Positions 27,223 to 30,666 of a stretch of DNA of 30,666 bases are shown here, one piece after another (position 1 is the first letter of the stretch; each line of letters begins with the position of its first letter). Origin of the DNA: Nitrospirota bacterium. Lineage in GTDB: Bacteria > Nitrospirota > Nitrospiria > Nitrospirales > Nitrospiraceae. A model generated the notes under the pieces. That model had not been told where the DNA came from. It saw nothing but the letters and a program-made list of their open reading frames with translations, and did no database searches. The stretch lies in assembly GCA_016201805.1 (NCBI GenBank), contig JACQCB010000051.1, positions 1 through 30,666 on the forward strand. Direction: 5' to 3'. The translations under genes and the position numbers were made by a program.

Positions 27223-28350
27223 TTGTCTCCTTCAATCCACTCCTCCCCAACCGTCGCCACCATTGACTTCGCCGCCCTCGCGCACAATCTGGCCATCGTG
27301 CGCCGGCGCCTCACCGCTCCGTGCGAGATCCTCGCCGTGGTCAAGGCCGACGCCTATGGACACGGCGCCGTCACGGTCGCGCAAAGACTCGCGCAACTCG
27401 GCGTCCCTCGGTTCGGGGTCGCGACGATCCAGGAAGGCGCCACGCTGCGCGACGCGGGCATCCAGGCGCCCATCCTGGTCATGGGGGCGCTCCTGCCGAA
27501 CCACCTGCCGGACGTCATCGCATATAGGCTGACGCCCGCCGTACACGATTCCGCCACGGCCGACGCCCTGGCCGCTCTGACCCGCTCCAGGCCAGTCCCC
27601 TACCCCATCCATATCAAGGTGGACACAGGCATGGGACGATTGGGCCTCGCCCCGGAGGCGGTCCTCCCGCTCCTGCAATCGCCCTGCTGCAAGGGGCCGC
27701 TGCGCGTCGAGGGCCTCATGACCCACCTTGCCGATGCGGACGGCGGCGATCCCGGCTATACCGAAGCCCAGATCGCGCGATTCCGGACCGTAGTCGCGCA
27801 AGCCGAAGCCGCCGGGCTCTCCATCCCGCTGCTGCACGTCGCCAACAGCGCCGCGATTCTCTGCCACCCGTCGTCGCATTTCAACCTGGTCCGGCCCGGC
27901 ATCATGCTCTACGGTTATCAGTCGGCCCTGCGCGGCCAAGCCGCCCCCGATCTGCACCCCGTGCTCACCCTCAGCACCACCATCGTGCAGGTCAAGCGCT
28001 TGGCCTCCGGCGAGAGCGTCGGCTACAACCGCGCTTACCTGGCCTCCCGTCCCTCACGCATCGCCATCTTGCCGATCGGTTATGCGGATGGCTACAGTCG
28101 CGCCTTGTCCAACCGTGGTCACGTCCTAATCAAGGGCCGCCAGGCTGCCGTGGTCGGCCGCGTATGTATGGACATGACCATGGTCGATGTCACGGACATC
28201 CCCGACGCCGGACCAGGGGATGAAGCCGTCCTGATCGGACAACAAGGCGCGGCACGGATCACCGCTGACGATCTGGCGCAGTGGCTCGGGACCATCCCTT
28301 ACGAGGTCCTCTGCGCCATCGGGCCTCGCGTGGCGCGGATCTACCGCTGA
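27223..28350 (+). CDS. alr: Alanine racemase
   Basis: PLP-lysine motif AVVKADAYGHG, HIKVDTGMGRLG, MTH, H.ANSA, VRPGIMLYG, IGYADG, GRVCMD and IPYEVLC; TTG start. Confidence 0.96.
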   Translation: MSPSIHSSPTVATIDFAALAHNLAIVRRRLTAPCEILAVVKADAYGHGAVTVAQRLAQLGVPRFGVATIQEGATLRDAGIQAPILVMGALLPNHLPDVIAYRLTPAVHDSATADALAALTRSRPVPYPIHIKVDTGMGRLGLAPEAVLPLLQSPCCKGPLRVEGLMTHLADADGGDPGYTEAQIARFRTVVAQAEAAGLSIPLLHVANSAAILCHPSSHFNLVRPGIMLYGYQSALRGQAAPDLHPVLTLSTTIVQVKRLASGESVGYNRAYLASRPSRIAILPIGYADGYSRALSNRGHVLIKGRQAAVVGRVCMDMTMVDVTDIPDAGPGDEAVLIGQQGAARITADDLAQWLGTIPYEVLCAIGPRVARIYR

Positions 28351-28368
28351 GCGAAACCCGCCCTATCG

Positions 28369-28397
28369 TTGTCCCCTCGCGGTGATTACCCTATAAT
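28369..28397 (+). promoter_or_regulatory. Candidate promoter of the mlaEFD operon
   Basis: TTGTCC-17 nt-TATAAT. Confidence 0.65.
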
Positions 28398-28438
28398 GGG
28401 CCGACGCTCGCAGTTCACCCCCTTTGCATGATGGCCGC

Positions 28439-29218
28439 ATGACGACAGCCGCATTCGATCTCAGAGCCAAAGTGCTGGGCTACGTGTTCGTGGTCCAGGA
28501 TTTTACCGTCCTGTGCGCGCAGACCCTCGCGGGGCTGGCCCGCCCCCCGTGGTACCTGCGCGAAATCGTCTTCCAACTGGACCGCATCGGGGTTGGGTCG
28601 CTCTTCATCGTGATCCTGACCGGCCTCTTCACCGGCATGGTGCTGGCGCTGCAGGGCGCCGTCCAACTCGAACCCTACGGGGCGACCATCTACGTCTCGC
28701 GGCTCATCGGCACCTCCGTGGTGCGGGAACTGGGGCCGGTACTGGCGGCCCTGATGATCGCGGGACGCGTCGGCACCGGCATCGCCTCCGAGATCGCCTC
28801 GATGACGGTCACGGAACAGATCGACGCCCTGCGGGCCGAAGGGACCGATCCGATCCAGAAGCTGGCCAAAACCCGACTCATCGCCTGTCTCATCATGATT
28901 CCGCTCTTGACGGTCATCGCGGACGGGGTTGCCATCCTGGGAGGCTGGCTGGTGGCGAGGCTGTACCTGTCCATCGACTCCTACTTCTACTGGACCTGGG
29001 CCTTTGAGGCCATCCACCGTCGCGACATCGTGCTGGGATTGGCGAAACCCGTCGTCTTTGGGTTTATCATCGCGATGGTGGGCTGCTATGCCGGCTTTCA
29101 GACCAAAGGGGGCACGGTCGGCGTCGGCCTCTCGACCACCCAATCGATGGTCTCCTCCTCCATCCTCATCCTGGCAAGCGATTTTTTGCTGACCAAGCTG
29201 TTCATGGCGTTTCCATAA
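28439..29218 (+). CDS. mlaE: MlaE/Ttg2B-family ABC permease (Mla/Mce lipid transport)
   Basis: IGVGSL.IV.LTG.FTGMVLALQ, RELGPVL.AL..AGRVG..IASEI..M.VTEQIDAL and GVG..TT..V. Start is ATG 28439 or TTG 28424. Confidence 0.93.
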   Translation: MTTAAFDLRAKVLGYVFVVQDFTVLCAQTLAGLARPPWYLREIVFQLDRIGVGSLFIVILTGLFTGMVLALQGAVQLEPYGATIYVSRLIGTSVVRELGPVLAALMIAGRVGTGIASEIASMTVTEQIDALRAEGTDPIQKLAKTRLIACLIMIPLLTVIADGVAILGGWLVARLYLSIDSYFYWTWAFEAIHRRDIVLGLAKPVVFGFIIAMVGCYAGFQTKGGTVGVGLSTTQSMVSSSILILASDFLLTKLFMAFP

Positions 29219-30015
29219 TGAATGCCGGTCCCCCCATGATCACCCTTCGATCCGTCGGACTCATGCTCGGCGCCAGGCCGATCCTCAAGGACGTCTCGCT
29301 GGACGTGCGCCCGGGTGAAACCAAAGTGATTCTGGGCGGCAGCGGCTCCGGCAAAACGACCATCCTGAGACTCATTCTGGGCCTCTACCGGCCGGACCAG
29401 GGCTCCATCTTCGTGGGAGGAGAAGAGATCACCCATTTGGAAGAGCGGGATCTCGCGGAGATCAGACAACGCATGGCGATGGTCTTCCAGAATGCCGCGC
29501 TGTTCGACTCGTTGACCGTGAGGGAGAATGTCGGATACCGCCTCTGGGAGCAGGACCTCCTGTCGGACGAGCAGATCGACCTGGCCGCGATCGAGAGCCT
29601 GCGGTTCGTGGGGCTCGAAGACACCGTAGACAAGATGCCGGCGGAACTCAGCGGGGGCATGCGAAAACGGGTGGGAATCGCCCGCGCCTTGGCCAGCGGC
29701 GCCACAACCCTGCTGTACGACGAGCCGACCGCCGGGCTGGACCCGATCAATACCTGCATGGTCAGCCGGTTGATCCAACGATTGAAAACCAAAGACGTCA
29801 CACAAATCGTGGTGACGCACGACCTCGACACGGCCTATCGGATCGCAGACCGCATCGTGATGATTGCGAGCGGCTGCATCCTCTTCGACGGCACACCGGA
29901 TGAGCTGCGCCGGTCCGACATGCCGGCTATCCGCGAATTCCTTGACCCCGGCAGCATGCCGCCGGACTGGCGTGTGATCCCGAAACCTGATGTTGTGGAC
30001 GAGCCGGCCGGATGA
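29218..30015 (+). CDS. mlaF: MlaF/Mkl-family ABC ATPase
   Basis: Walker A GGSGSGKT, FQNAALFDSLTV.ENV, signature LSGGMRKRV, YDEPTAGLDP and H-loop VTHD; TAATG overlap with mlaE. Confidence 0.94.
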   Translation: MNAGPPMITLRSVGLMLGARPILKDVSLDVRPGETKVILGGSGSGKTTILRLILGLYRPDQGSIFVGGEEITHLEERDLAEIRQRMAMVFQNAALFDSLTVRENVGYRLWEQDLLSDEQIDLAAIESLRFVGLEDTVDKMPAELSGGMRKRVGIARALASGATTLLYDEPTAGLDPINTCMVSRLIQRLKTKDVTQIVVTHDLDTAYRIADRIVMIASGCILFDGTPDELRRSDMPAIREFLDPGSMPPDWRVIPKPDVVDEPAG

Positions 30016-30047
30016 CGGCGAGATAAGACGCAAGGGAGAGTCTACCG

Positions 30048-30666
30048 ATGAGTCGACAGCGCCAACTGATGTGGTCACAGGCCAAGGTGGGACTCCTCGT
30101 CCTGGTCGCCCTGACCATTCTGGTGATCATGATCATGAACCTGGAACAGGGGATGGGGCTGATCAGCAGCCAGACGAAATTTCGCGCCGTCGTACCCCAT
30201 ACCCAGGGTTTGAAAGTGGGTGGGCCGGTCCGTATGAACGGCGTGGACATCGGCAACGTGCACCAGATCGCAATCGCGCAGGATTCGCCGAACGTGGAGA
30301 TCGTCTTCACCGTCAAAAAAAGCGTCGCGGCACACATCAAGGAAGACGCCTCGGTCAACATCCGCCCTATGGGGCTGCTGGGAGACAAGTTTCTGGATAT
30401 CCTGCCCGGTACCCCGAGCAAGCCGCCGCTCCCCCAAGGCAGTCTGCTCGTCGGGCAGGCCGAAGCCGATCTGACCAGCGTCACGTCCGGCGCCACCGCC
30501 ACCATCGAGCACGTGAACGCGATGATCAAAGACATGCAGCAGATCCTGACCAGCATCAGCCAAGGACAGGGCACGGCCAGCAAGCTGATCTCCGACCCGG
30601 CCCTCTACGACCGCTCCAAGCACGTGATCGACAATCTGGAGGCCGTGTCCGAAAAGAGCCTCAAGC
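30048..30666 (+). CDS. mlaD: MlaD/MCE-family protein (partial; continues beyond the window)
   Basis: Translated by hand from ATG 30048: MSRQRQLMWSQAKVGLLVLVALTILV (TM), then the MCE core TQGLKVGGPVRMNGVDIGNV and GLLGDKFLDILPG, then a helical region. Confidence 0.92.
   Translation, partial: MSRQRQLMWSQAKVGLLVLVALTILVIMIMNLEQGMGLISSQTKFRAVVPHTQGLKVGGPVRMNGVDIGNVHQIAIAQDSPNVEIVFTVKKSVAAHIKEDASVNIRPMGLLGDKFLDILPGTPSKPPLPQGSLLVGQAEADLTSVTSGATATIEHVNAMIKDMQQILTSISQGQGTASKLISDPALYDRSKHVIDNLEAVSEKSLK

Overview
A GC-rich bacterial chromosome segment made up mostly of housekeeping genes. The gene set and order suggest Nitrospirota (Nitrospira-like); this is an inference, not a database result. (1) 1-16336, minus strand, one tightly packed run: ccsA/hemX-like, hemA, a small Zn-ribbon membrane protein, hemC, cobA-hemD fusion, a CBS protein, hemB, ribF, tilS, hpt, ftsH, folP, glmM and comEC (comEC runs off the left edge). 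(2) About 16.4-20.8 kb, a mixed-orientation accessory stretch: an RsmI-like methyltransferase, a TusA-family protein, a secreted hypothetical protein with its own promoter and terminator, tRNA-Leu(CAA), a four-cysteine YggX-like protein, and two tandem DUF151 (bifunctional nuclease family) paralogues separated by a ~125-nt rod-like inverted-repeat structure. (3) 20.8-30.7 kb, plus strand: rplM-rpsI, argC-argJ, rpsB-tsf-pyrH-frr-alr and mlaE-mlaF-mlaD (mlaD runs off the right edge). I found no integrase, transposase, prophage or CRISPR array. The best leads are the tandem DUF151 pair with its intervening structured RNA/DNA element, the two extra genes and a 91-bp hairpin inside the heme operon, a hybrid Cys/Asp metal site in HemB, and a structured rpsB leader. 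All structures and promoters were read by eye and need computational confirmation.
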